From Vicugna vicugna (lineage: Eukaryota): DNA of 64,000 nt. Within the stretch, counting starts at the first letter, position 1, and every line of letters begins with the position of its first letter. The position numbers and the translations under genes are program-made. The notes beneath the pieces are model-generated. The model had not been told where the DNA came from and ran no database searches. It worked only from the letters and a program-made list of their open reading frames with translations. This document shows, one piece after another, positions 52,191-64,000 of this stretch. The stretch covers positions 1,060,941 to 1,124,940 of the forward strand of contig MU058844.1 of assembly GCA_013265495.1 (NCBI GenBank), in the 5' to 3' direction.

Positions 52191-53964
52191 AATTATGGCA
52201 GTTCCTGAAGGTCAAAGGGAATTCTAGTTTTCCAGGCAAGTTAGTATTCATCTTTTTTAGGCATCTGCTTGTGACCTAAAAATCTCTTCTCAGACTGTTG
52301 CTTCTTTCCACCCTTATCTGTGATTCAAGCAAGGCTGTCCCCATCATGGAGAGCTGCTCCATGAACTCATGGTAGGACGCTATGAGACTAAACGTTAGAC
52401 TAAACATCATGAGTCAGGACTTACGAACTCTAAACTGAGTGCTACGACTGTCACATTCTCTGCACCTTTGATTATATAGATTTTACATCTATAAAATGGC
52501 CTTTGATGTTGATACAGGGAGTGAATCAACATCACCCCATTGCCATCTTCCACTCTCCAAAAGGTATAAAAGTCTATGTAAAAATAATGTATCTCTTTGT
52601 GCACTTTATTGCATGTGTGCTAAGCCTCAACTAAGAATTATAAAAGAAAAAAATAATAAATTAAGGTGAGAGTATTCAGAAGAACCCACAAGATATCCCC
52701 TTAAAGAAAAAGATTATGGATGAGGAAACTGAAGCCCAGATGGTGGATATAACATGCTCAAGGTTGCACAGAGCAAGGAGATCTCCTGATGCAAATTGGA
52801 GGGTTCCTTGTGCATCGTACTAATCCTACTTGCTGATTTATAGACACATTGGCTGCTTTACGTTTCCAATAATTAGGACCTTCAGTTAGGGCTGAGAGTA
52901 ACTCTCATTATTGGGTCCAGAAAGAATTATGCCACGTAAAGATTATGCATGGAACATTTGTTATACAAAGTGCTGCCTTCATAAATAGAGAGACCCCACG
53001 GGCAGTGTTCCCCTCCCCAGGACTGCCAATGTGCTTGAATTGCCAGAGCATCTCTCACCAGCCTACAGATGCGAGCTGCTTCTTTGATGGCCATGAAATA
53101 CCATTTAGGAGAGGGGTTGCTGTCTTTTTGTTGTTGATCCTTAACCTTCATGGTGCCTGAGCCTCTGAGGAGTTTGCTTTCATGCCATTTGCCCAGAAAG
53201 GTTTTCTCAGCCTGAGTCAGTCCATTGCTGATTGCCAGGGCCATGGGTGTGCTGACAGCTGCTATGTTTCCCAGCAGTGCCAGTGGGATCTTTTTCTTCA
53301 TCTCTGTGCCCCCAAAGCAATTGTTCCAGAGTAGCTTTGTGTGTGCTCCTCTGCAGGGCTGAGTGGTTGGTGGCTTGGAAATACATGTATTCCGCCCTCC
53401 CCCCTTGTGGCTGAACCATTGGGATCTGACTTCCAGGGCAATTGCAGTTTGGCTGCACCCCAGGACATCCTCTTGAGAGTTGGCTAGTCTGTCCTGTGCT
53501 GTTTGGAGAGCCTAGAAAGGTCCCTTGGGAAGCTTATCAGATGGTCTAATGAGAATAGCAGGAGCCTGTTTCCCAGAGTCAAATTGCCATTTTCAGCATC
53601 GTTTTTAGTCCATCCAATGTGGACTTTGGTCATGATGGTTCCAAAGAGCCTCACTGTGTAAATACCTCTCCTCCCACTCTCATGTGGCAGCTTTTCTGTT
53701 TGCTTTGAACCTGGTTGAGACCAGGTGGTTTTATAACCTCCCTCTATTCCCAGCTGTCTTTATCTTCTCGCCCTCTGCTCTCCCTGGATATTTCTGATTC
53801 TCAGAGGGTGGCTAGGCAGTGCTCCCTAGAATGGGTTGGGCCAGGTAAGCTTCTGAAGTTATCTGGACAGCTAAAGACTCCCAGCAGTCACAATGACCTC
53901 ATTGTGGTAAACAATGTCCAAGAGAGACTGACCAGGTCTGAGATACAGTAAAACTTGACACATA

Positions 53965-54170
53965 ATAACCATTAGCAACTATTGAGCATTTACTGTTTAT
54001 CAGGCCAGAGTTAGCAGTCTACGGGAATTGTAATATTTGATGTTCACAAGATTCCAAAAAATTGTTTCTTTTATATTCTCATTTTACAGATGAGAATATT
54101 GATTCTCTGAAAGGCTGAGTTGTGTGAAACCACATATTTAGCTGCAGAGTCAAAATTCAGTCTCCAGGAC
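53965..54170 (-). mobile_element. MIR SINE
   Basis: attgagcatttactg...ctcattttacagatgagaatattga. Confidence 0.7.
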
Positions 54171-54262
54171 AGTTGGACCCTGGAGGTCATAACCTAAACT
54201 ATAGTTATACTGATTTAGTCCTGGTGTGTGAAGACTATTACCAGTTTTAAGAATAAACTGTG

Positions 54263-54300
54263 GTAAATCAACTATATTTATATTAAAAAATTTTTTTTTA
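54263..54300 (+). mobile_element. Extremely 5'-truncated L1 insertion with 14-bp TSD
   Basis: gtaaatcaactata... (L1 terminus) between direct repeats aagaataaactgtg at 54249-54262 and 54301-54314. Confidence 0.75.
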
Positions 54301-55814
54301 AAGAATAAACTGTGTCTCAAGATAAATAAAGCACAAATATTCCTTTCAAACTCCAAAGGACAAGAGGTTATCCTTGTGACTTTGATAGGAAACATAAGAC
54401 AGGTTGTGGAGTGTTTTGAGTAATACTAGGTATTTGAACACCTGTTCAGCTATTCTGGGATTCAGTGGTGTGGGTGAGGGGAACATGGGGAGGGTGAGGT
54501 CATTATTGCAAAAAACCATTTCCTGAGAGCGGGACTTCAGGAAATGCTGGAGCATTAAAAATACCACTTGTGTGGGAGCAGTGGTAGAAGCGTGACTCAT
54601 ATTCGGCAATTGTGTCCATAGGTCACAAAGGATTTGGGGAACACAGGGGATATTCATACAAGATTGTGTTGGTGGGCGGTTCATTATGAAATTTTTAGTA
54701 GGTTGAGCAGCACGGTCAAATTTCAAGAAGAGTGACATTTAAGATTCTCCACGAAAATGGTGCGACTTGACTCATCCATTTATACATTGATTCACGAACA
54801 TCAGCTGTCCACCTCCTCCTTGCAAGGCCTTGTGCTGGGTGCTTTGGGGGTAATGCAAGAAGAATCAGTGTGGTCCTTGCTCTTGAGCACAGTGTTTCAG
54901 AATTGGCAGCAGTGAAACAAGCTGCTTTCTTAATTCTTTCTTCCTTTGCCCCTTGAAGCTTTGATGAAAAGACTAGTCTTTAAAGGAGAACATTTGGTAT
55001 ATAATTTCCAAAATCCTGGTCTGGTAACTCCTGGGCCTTCCCATCAGGATGCTGTGATTACCAGGAGGAAAGAATCAGGAGCTTGGCATGGTTTACATAC
55101 CTTGTGTCACTATAGAATGAGGCAGGGTAGAAAGAATAGGAATTGTTCTTTGACTGCTCATGTCCTGTACCTCTGAAGTGTGCCCAGAGGATTTTTTGGC
55201 TTTAATAGTTTAAAATTATGTTTTATATAAAAGTTGAGACATACTGGAGTACAGTAATATAGTGATGACCCAAGAAATTACCTCCCAACCTAAGTATCAG
55301 AATAGTATCAATAACTTGCCTCTCCCTGTGTGTTCCTCTTCTAGCCTAATGCCCTCCCCCTCTTCTCCTCATCCAGAGATAACCATTACCTTGAATTTGC
55401 GTTTACCTGACACTTCAAATTTGTCAATCTGTATGTGATGCTGTGTCTGAGGGAACATTGGCGGTTTCACAGATAAATCGCTTAGTGGCCAGGGCTTATT
55501 TTGCCGCTGCTGATAGATTTTTTTTTGCAGCTCCCACAAAACCAGTTACCCCCCCATGAATCTTGACTTAGGAATGCGCATCCTGTTTCCAAGCACCAAT
55601 CCCCGGTCCACCCCCAGGTTAACTATAAATTGTCCTGATGGCCCCTTGGCCATATGTAGTACAGCTGCAAATGCTTCCAGTTGTTGTCCCTGGATCCCAA
55701 TCCCACACTGTAAGTTACCCGATAATAAACTGCCTGCCTCATTTTTCCTTCTCAAGATGCCTTCTCAGTTTTGTGGGCACTTCTCATTTCCTCCATCCTC
55801 CAACACCTCACCAA

Positions 55815-55990
55815 CTGCCATGGGTTCAATGGTGACCACCCTCAAATTTATGTCCGTTCTGACTCCAGAAGGAGGACTTATTTTGGAAATAGGGTTTGCA
55901 GATGTAGTTACTATGAAGTCATACTGGATTAGGGAGAGCTCTAAATCCACAACACCCGGTATCCTTAGAAAGAGGGAAATATGGACACTG
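55815..55990 (+). mobile_element. MLT1A/B-type LTR 5' part
   Basis: ttattttggaaatagggtttgcagatgtagtta...gtcatactggattaggg...ctaaatcc...tccttagaaagaggg. Confidence 0.8.
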
Positions 55991-56054
55991 TGTTTGCTTC
56001 CATAAGGGGCTCAACCCACACACAGATGCAGTTCCTCCTAAAGGGGCTGCAGAA

Positions 56055-56275
56055 CACAGGACTATGAGTATGGGCTGGAAGTCTAGATTTGTCTTCACCT
56101 CTCACCTCCATTCACATGACCTCAGCCTGCTAACATAACCTCTTTGAGCCTCAGTTTCCTCATCTTAAAAATGGAGATGAAGTGAGAAGTACCTGCATTT
56201 CAGTGTGGTGGTAAGAATTAAAGGCATAAATGCACAGAAACTGGTTGACACATGGTTAGTACTCAATTAAAGGTA
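56055..56275 (+). mobile_element. MIR SINE
   Basis: aacctctttgagcctcagtttcctcatcttaaaaatggagat. Confidence 0.85.
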
Positions 56276-56825
56276 GTCAAAGCTGCAGTTCAGCTCAAAG
56301 GAAGAGCTAAATGACTCTTTGAAATACTGTAGAGTGTCCTAGTTATCATTAAGGAAATATACAGAATCTAAATTTGGTAATCTATAATATTTCTCCTTTT
56401 GCTTTTTAATTTTTCCCTTTCTGTGATGTTTCTCTCACTGTTTACCATGGGATCTTAACATGTTTGCCAATGTTTTATATAGGTCATTAAGAGGAAATTA
56501 CCTCAAACAGTGTTTTATTCAAGATATGATATGATGAAATTCTAGGTTTAAAGTGTGTTGCTTACAGTGAGCAAAACTAATGCAAATTGAATGTAATGGT
56601 AAGAACTGATTTAATCATTTCTCTGTGTTGCTGGTACCTGATTAGCAAAATTTTGGTGGTATAATGGATTCAATTAATTTTTTCAATTATGTTGATCTTT
56701 ACAATTTACAGATACCAGTACATGAAAGTAAAACAAATTTTTTTAAAGTCTTCTTATTTTTTTCACTAGTAAGCAAAGCTTTTCTTACTCTTAGAAAAAT
56801 TTTGGCTTTGGATAACATATGTAAA

Positions 56826-56897
56826 TTATATAAATATATATGTATGTACATATATACATATACATATATATGTGTGTGTCTATGTGTATGTATATTT
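56826..56897. repeat. Degenerate (TA)/(CA)/(TG) low-complexity tract
   Basis: tatataaatatatatgtatgtacatatatacatatac...gtgtgtgt read directly. Confidence 0.75.
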
Positions 56898-57579
56898 ACT
56901 AAATTTTCAAGTTCTTTTTGCTGGATTTGACAAAGAAAGTGGTATTCAATTGTGAGTTTTTACCTGTGAATTACCTGGAAAACAAATCTTAGGGATTTTT
57001 CAGAATTAACTGAGTTCATTCATTCAATAAAATACTCATCAAATATTTATTGCAGGCATAATTATATGCAAATATCACTGCATTATGAAACAAGTGTATT
57101 TTTAGGGGCTAGAGATAAGTCATAAATTCCAGGTGACATGAAACTGAAGATGCCTTTTTTGTTCCTGTGTGATAGTTTACAAATTGTATTTTAATCACAA
57201 AGTCAGTGCATTTAAGAGCTATCTATATGAATACCCATTTATAACAGAAACATTAGAAATTTGGGAACAGAATGAAAGATCCTTAATATATAAATATATG
57301 GAATATAAAGAATAGATGGGGCTAAACTGTATTGTGTCTACATTAAGTGCCAGTTCACTTTACATATGATTTCTCAGTATTCCTATGACTATGAGAGGTA
57401 CGTGTTCATATCTTCTTATTGATAAGGAAACTATGGTTCGGAGAGACTGCAGGATTTGTTCTGGGTTCCAAGCTAGGAAGAAACGCCATCGGTATAAAGC
57501 AACCTTCAAGTCTTATTCCAAAGTCTCCTTTTTCCTATTAGAAACTTTCCCTTTCAAATCTGTAAGGAAACAAAGATGA

Positions 57580-60062
57580 CCATTCTCATATGTGTTAAAT
57601 ATTGTTTTGAAAGTTCTAGCCAATGCAAGAAGATATTTAAAAAATCAAAAGAATTACTACTTGAAAACAAAATAAAAATGTCATTTTTGGATATTATGAT
57701 TGTGTACTTTTAAAAGCTAAAAGGAATGTAGGCATCAATAAAGCAGAAAGATGAATGCAAAATAAATATATACAAACCACTAGGAGCCCTTTATCTCAGG
57801 TCAGAATAATGATATAACATCTAAATTATTGAAGAATAAGTACCCTTATAGAAGACTTGAATGTCTTATTTAATATAGACAGAAGCAAAAAGCTTTACAG
57901 AATAATATTAGAGAAGACCAGTGGAGAGGTGTACTATAGTCCTTGAAGGTAATGATAAATCAGAAAGACTTCTGTTTCACTCAGTCAATTTATAGGTTGG
58001 ACATAATCCAACTCAGAAATCCTATTAAGATTTTTGAGTTTAACAATGATTATAATTTGTATCTGTAAAAATAGATATCACTTTTGAGGACTTCCTATGT
58101 GATAGACATTATTTTAAATGTTTTACATAGAATAAATACCTCACTTCACACGAAACAAACAGAGTCTTTATTATCCTCATTTTACAAATAAGGAAACTGA
58201 GCCAAAGGAAGTTAAGTAACTTGCCCGGGTCCACACAATGACTAGCAAATTGCTGAGCCAGGTTTCTAAAGGTCGAGGGCTCATGCACTTAACACCACCA
58301 TGCTCAGGTAAGAGCATTAACTAGCACTTTGGAAAGTGGAACGTTTAAGTGGAGCTAGATCTTCCCCAAATAAGCATGTAGATAAATGGAATAATATAGT
58401 CCAGAAATATGCATACTGTATAGAAGCATAGAATAAATAACAGAAGACATCTGAAAAGAACAGCAAAAGAATTATTTAATACATGTAATTTAGAATTCTT
58501 TTTTCTTAAATCAACTTAATACCCGAATTTCATACCTCATGATCAAAATAAATTTTGAATGGCCAGTGTGATAGGTAACAGAAAACATAGCGAGAAATAC
58601 ACGTTATTACCTGTCAAATGTCTGTAGAAACCATTATTATTATTTTACTATGAAGTGACAAGAAATCACAAAGGGAAAGGCTGACAGATTTGGCTACATA
58701 AAGACTTGTAAACACATGTACAACAAGAACAAAACTTAGGTCACCAGATGGGAGAGTATCACATCAGACATGACAAACAAAAGCCACCATCTGTGGGGAA
58801 AACCCTCCAAGGAGAAGTGAAAGCAGTGGACCAGTTCTTCTCCACGTGCTGGGCTGTAGGAGCAGAAGAGACCCGTTTCAGGTGAGAGAAGGGCTGGTGT
58901 CGTGGGCATGCACCTGGGGTGTCCCCCGTGCACATGGCCTGTGCACAGGGAGAAGGGGCCTGGCCTGGTGCTTGCTGAGGTCTGGTGAGGCTCTGGGGGC
59001 CGGAGAACTGTAGTGGTCCTAGGGTAGGGCAGAATGTGGTTACATGGGAATTTTGTCTCTAGGAGGGACCTTTACTCCAGAGGGAGAAAGGAAGGAAACT
59101 GAGTGGATACAGCCTGGATGTGGAATGAGTTGGAAGAGCTGTCCTAGAAAATCCTCCTGAGTGACAAGGAGAGAAATAACTTCCGCAGGCGAAGGAGATG
59201 GTGGAATAGTGTTTCCCAAAGATCCACTGGAAAATGGAAGGTCTGGAAGCAGGAGAAACAGGTCCTTGTGGCAGGTGGATTTTTCTTAGCTGTGAGTATA
59301 TTCTTTACGTGGTGATGAGAGGGCAGTGATTTCTAAGCACAATCCAGGAGGCCACGTGGGAACTTGGAAGAAAATAGAAGCCTTGAGATATCTCATGAGC
59401 TTTCTACCTTAAGAACTCATGTAATACATGGGAAAAAAGACATGGACAAGCAATTCAATAACTGCAGTGACAATCAGCAAAGAAACAGAATGGTGATCAC
59501 TTTCACGAGTAACCAAACACATGAAGCTGAAACAACACTACAAGAAAATGACTTTACGTCTAATAAACCAGCCGCCTTCCGCTAAATCTAAGCTCGATGC
59601 TGGCAGGGAATTTTGGGTTTTGTTCTTTGCTATCCTGTACCCAGAAGAGGGATTGGCAGTAGTAGACACTCAATAATTATTTGTTAAATGTAAAAGACAA
59701 CACTTAGCTGTCCCATTTGTGACAACAGCTTGGTGACTCAGACATTGCCAATGGCATGCTAAATTGGTTCAGCATTTTGGGAAAATAAGAAGGTGGTGTA
59801 TCCCTACACATATGCAAATGTTCAAATCTTTTTAATCCACCAACGTACCCTTGGGAATTTATTTTAAGAAAATAATTGAACATCAAAACAAAGCTATACG
59901 TGTGAACTTCTGTAATACTAGAAGAAAGTCAAAAGACAGAAAAAGAGGTTAATAAACTGCATATATCAATAAAATAGTATTTACCCCTTTAAAATGATAA
60001 TTAAGAAGACCACAGAGATGTGGAAAAGGATTCCATAATGTTAAGTGAATAAAACAGAATAT
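57580..60062 (+). mobile_element. Fragmented old L1M ORF2/3' remnant with internal insertions
   Basis: gaagttctagccaatgcaa, aaataaaaatgtcattt, gacagatttggctacataaa and ggacaagcaattca are L1 ORF2 motifs. Confidence 0.65.
58075..58300 (-). mobile_element. MIR SINE
   Basis: ctcattttacaaataaggaaactgagccaaaggaagttaagtaacttgccc. Confidence 0.85.
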
Positions 60063-60599
60063 AGAGGGGTCTTCTTGCCTCCAATGCCCTTTATTGAAGC
60101 ATATCTGCCTGCTGCTCTGAATCTTGCTGCTCTAGGTGCAGATCCCTGACACCCAATAAAGCTTCCAGTGTCACCACTGCCGCTGTGCCCAACAAGTGTG
60201 ACTGCTGCTGTTGCTGACGCTAGGTGTGCATCCACCTTAGTGTCACATCTGCATTGGTCCCCAAATTGTACAACTTTGCCTTCTCAACTGAGTTGGAAAA
60301 TATTAAATGGTAATGATGTTATGACCTTTAGTCTTTGTGCAGTGTTCCAAATCATTGCACTCCTCCCAATGCAGTTTAACCAAAAGTATCCAAGAGTATT
60401 GAATTCTAGCTTGTTTAGGTTAGGTTTTGTTAGAAGGCATTGCAGTTCCTCTTGCAAATCAACCTCCAGCGGTTCTGACTCCATGCATGCCCATGCATGC
60501 CTGAATCCTGTGATGACAAGAACTACTTAGGTGCAAATTAGGACCACTGATGTGAATGTAATTTTTTTTGTTAAGTGGTAAGATGTGATATGTGCTTTT

Positions 60600-61730
60600 A
60601 TTTGAACAACTTTTTTATTTTTTATACTTATATTTTAATGTAAAATATAATGTAATATATAAAATATAATGTAAAATATGGAAAAATGAAAACCCAATCA
60701 CTGATATCTGTTAATTTCCTGACAGTTCTCGAGTTACCATTTTGTGCTTTATTTTCGTATTTTTAATTTAATTACTAATTAGTAATTAAAATTACTAATT
60801 TAAAAATTACTAATACAAGGCATGCTTGAAACTACTGAAAGATTTATAAAGAAAAAGTTGATACTCTTCCTTTATTCTGTCCAACCCATTGTTTCTCCTG
60901 TGAAAAACAAATGTTAGTAGTTTGATGTGTGGGCCTTGTCACATTTCTCCTTTTCTTTATGTTTATGCAAATAAACCTAAATTCATGTCCTCAGACATGG
61001 AGAGGTTGTGTGTGTGTGTGTTGATGGAATCACCCCACATACACACAGGTTGAAAACTTGCTTTTTTTCACTTATGAACTCATCTGGACATCTCTTCTGG
61101 TCAACTTAATATATAGATCCTACCAATTATATTTATAGCAGCACAATATTCTGTAGTATAAATGACTCAGTTAACTCAATTATTTCCCTGTTTTTGGACA
61201 GTCAATCTATTTTTGTGATTACTGTATTTAAAAAATGTTGCAGTAAATATACTTAGCATATACACATAAATATATGATTACAAGTACGTATGTATTTACA
61301 TACACAAACATTAAATTTTGGTGCTTTTGTTTCTCTCAGATATGATACTGACATTGCTTCATCATATGTTTTACATTTTAATATATGTTGCTATGTTTCC
61401 CAAAATGAGATGGCAACTTACAACCCCATCAGCCACATTGATGAGGCACATTGATTTGCCCATGAATGCCTGTAAGGAAGCACATTTATTTCCTTACCTC
61501 TTCACTGAAATTGAATGTATCTTAATTTTTGCCAGTTTGATGGGTGAGAAATGGAATCTTACCGTTTTTTTAATTAGCATTTCCCCAGTAATTTGTTAGG
61601 TTGTGTTTATTGTCCTTTGAATTTCCCTTTTTGGTAACACTGTTTATATATTTGCTCATTTTTTCCATTGGGAAGTTAAGCACTTTTGCTTATCAATCTT
61701 TGGGAGCTTTTATCAGATACATTACAGTCT
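60600..61730 (-). mobile_element. Old L1M 3' remnant
   Basis: aacttgcttttttcactta, aattttgccagtttgatgggtgagaaatggaatctt and tttgctcattttttccattgg. Confidence 0.7.
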
Positions 61731-61734
61731 GTGA

Positions 61735-62360
61735 TATAGGAAGGGAAAATTTTTTCTCTCCACCCATCATTGGCTGAGGCTCTGTAAAATAAACTGATGA
61801 AAAACAGAGGTTAATAAGAGAAAAACAAAGGCTCTGTAAAATAAACTGATGAAAAACAGAGGTTAATAAGAGAAAAACAAATAGATGCTTATTAACACGA
61901 GCATTGTGCATACACATGGGAGTACCCAGTGAGAAGTAACCCACAGGGGTGGTAAGAACTTGGCCTTATATAGCATCTTAACAAAAGAACAGTAAATTTT
62001 TACAGGAGTGACAAGACAAAGGAGAAGGTCTTTGAGTTTCTAAGTTGGCAAATCGTGGGAAGGTAAATATATGGGGGAACTAATGGGAGATAAGGGCTAG
62101 TTAGTAAAGTTTGTTATATAAATCTCTCTGGTGCTACCTCTGGGCTGGTAAGATTCAAGGGTGTCTCCAGCAATTAACTTCTGTCCTTCTGGTAGGGAGA
62201 GGAGATAGGGATACCTTCACAAATGCATGTCCTGCTTTGACACAAAGACAGGGAGGACAGAGAGCTTTTCTTATATCCGCTTCTTTTCAATGTCTTTAGC
62301 TTCTAATAATCCTTATGCCAAAGTGGCATATTTGGGGGTAGCATATTCTACTATCCTTCA
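61735..62360 (-). mobile_element. ERV1 solo LTR (MER34-like)
   Basis: Minus strand begins tgaaggatagtagaatatgctacccccaaatatgccactttggcataaggattatt and ends ...aaattttcccttccta; inserted within L1. Confidence 0.8.
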
Positions 62361-62579
62361 GTTTTTTACCTTATAAGTTTGTTTAATGGTGTCATATGTC
62401 ATGAAAAAATTTTAAATGTTTGTAGTTAAGTGCATCTTTCTTTTCTTTGTGATTTCTGGGTGTCCTACTTTGCTTTTAGGAAGATCTTTGTTCTCTAGAT
62501 TATACAAATTGTTTTTTAAATTTTCGTCTTTTTTCATTAAACTATTTTCTGGAGATTCAGCTTTGATTTTCTTCTGCCT

Positions 62580-63130
62580 TTCTCACTGTTGTAGATAATC
62601 TCATTTACTCCCATGGCATTAACTCCTGATTATCCACTGATGTCTTCTAAATCTGTATTTTTATCTAATTCCGTAACTCTTATTATATGTCCAGAGCAAG
62701 ACTCACATATTGAGCATCTCACATATACTGAATTGAACTTATGATTGCACTCCCTGTCCTTGCCAGGCCTGAATTCCTTCCTCTCTAGGATGCACCACAA
62801 TCACCAGTACCCTATCTCCAGAAAACTGGAAAGGATCCTTCAGTCTGCCTTTTCACTTAACATCCAACAAACCTTCATCTCCTATTACTTCTTTCATGTT
62901 AATTTCTCCTGAGTCTGTCCTCTTTTCCCTGTTCTCATTTCAGCTTCCTGGACTACTGCAACAGCCTTCCAACTGCTTTCCTTAAGTATTTCTCCCCATT
63001 CAATTTAACTTTAAAATTGTCTTTAGAATTATCTTTCTGAAATGCAGATCAGATTAGACTTATATCTAAATTCCTTCTATGAGTTTGCCCCACTAAGAAT
63101 AGTCTAAATTTCTAGCCATGGCCTAAAAAC
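62580..63130 (+). mobile_element. L2 fragment
   Basis: cctggactactgcaacagccttccaactg...atctttctgaaatgcagatcagat. Confidence 0.7.
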
Positions 63131-64000
63131 CACTCATAACAAATGCCTTAAAAACAAGTCCACATCTTAATGTATTTTGGTAAAGTGTTAAGTATCTATT
63201 AGTGGGATAAATGACTATATTAAAGAACAAATTTCTGGAAAAAGCTGTCAGATACAAGTATTCCATTATTATCAAAAGCTAGAATTAAGTTTATATGTCT
63301 ACTTTGTAATTTTAAGTAGTTTTCTATTGAATAACAAATCATAAATGAAAACCAGTATTATACTGGTACCATAAAAAAGAGGCTTAAAATTGAGAAATTA
63401 GAATAAAATCTTTTGAAAAACTACTTAGATGTGAAATTATAATGCTGATTTTATATCTTGAAGGCTTTGATGCATCTTTCCGAATTGCTTTCAAACGATA
63501 TTGCTCATGTTTAAAACGCCTCCAGCTGCAGGTTAAAATCTTTGAGCCCGAAGTATCATGTTATCCGCAACTAACTTTCAAAGGGTTCATAAAAAAAAAT
63601 ATATATATATATATCATATATATACCTATATACACATATATGTGTATACATAAACACACAGATGCATATATGCATATATGGAAAAAGAGAAAGCAAATTT
63701 GAAAAATGTTAACAATTAGTGAATATAGGTGAGGGGTGTATAAGTGTTCATTGCACTATACTTTTACATTTTCTGAAGTTTTGAAAATTATCAACAGAAA
63801 ATATTAGGAAAAAGAGCTCCAACAGCAATGTTTGAAAGCGTGAATTTTAAAACAGTCTTAACAACCCTCACATTAAAATAATTTTGAAAAAAATCTTTGC
63901 TGATCCAACAGAAAAAGCTACATATGGTTTTAGTTTTTACTTCTTTAGTTACAAAGATGAATATTTTTCATGTTTATAAGAAACTGTTATTTCTCCTTTT

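Noticed and set aside
55556..56005. 149-aa ORF
   Set aside because: The C-terminal half is MLT1 LTR sequence.
58741..58756. CTCF-like tcaccagatgggag (also weak matches near 4100 and 20412)
   Set aside because: Mismatches at core positions, and this one lies in L1 debris.
60508..60552. C/D-box snoRNA-like gtgatga...ctga
   Set aside because: Only ~40 nt between the boxes and no clear terminal stem.
1..64000. The many 60-150 aa ORFs in the track as genes
   Set aside because: Many start at non-ATG codons, overlap repeats or microsatellites, show no consistent strand or exon chain, and match no protein I recognise.

Overview
AT-rich, CpG-depleted placental-mammal DNA that reads as intronic or intergenic. 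I recognise no protein-coding exon, RNA gene, CpG island, CRISPR array or prokaryotic/viral system. The ORF track is mostly chance ORFs and ORFs inside repeats. A large part of the window is decayed interspersed repeat: MIR, L2, old L1M, MLT/LTR16/LTR33/MER34-type solo LTRs and MER5/MER58-type DNA elements, plus a few younger L1 3' ends. One SINE remnant at ~23.5 kb has a tail matching my recollection of the camelid Vic-type tRNA SINE, which suggests alpaca or camel. Repeat family names come from recalled consensus motifs, not a database search, and boundaries are approximate. The best leads are: a perfect 228-bp tandem duplication seeded at a (CA)n tract; a SINE missing its tRNA core but keeping its TSDs; a ~38-nt L1 insertion with a perfect 14-bp TSD; a candidate 12-nt microexon; a compact CCAAT/GC-box/ETS promoter-like cluster; and an unexplained ~490-bp segment with a nearly open 162-codon frame. 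I found nothing I can support as a new biological system.
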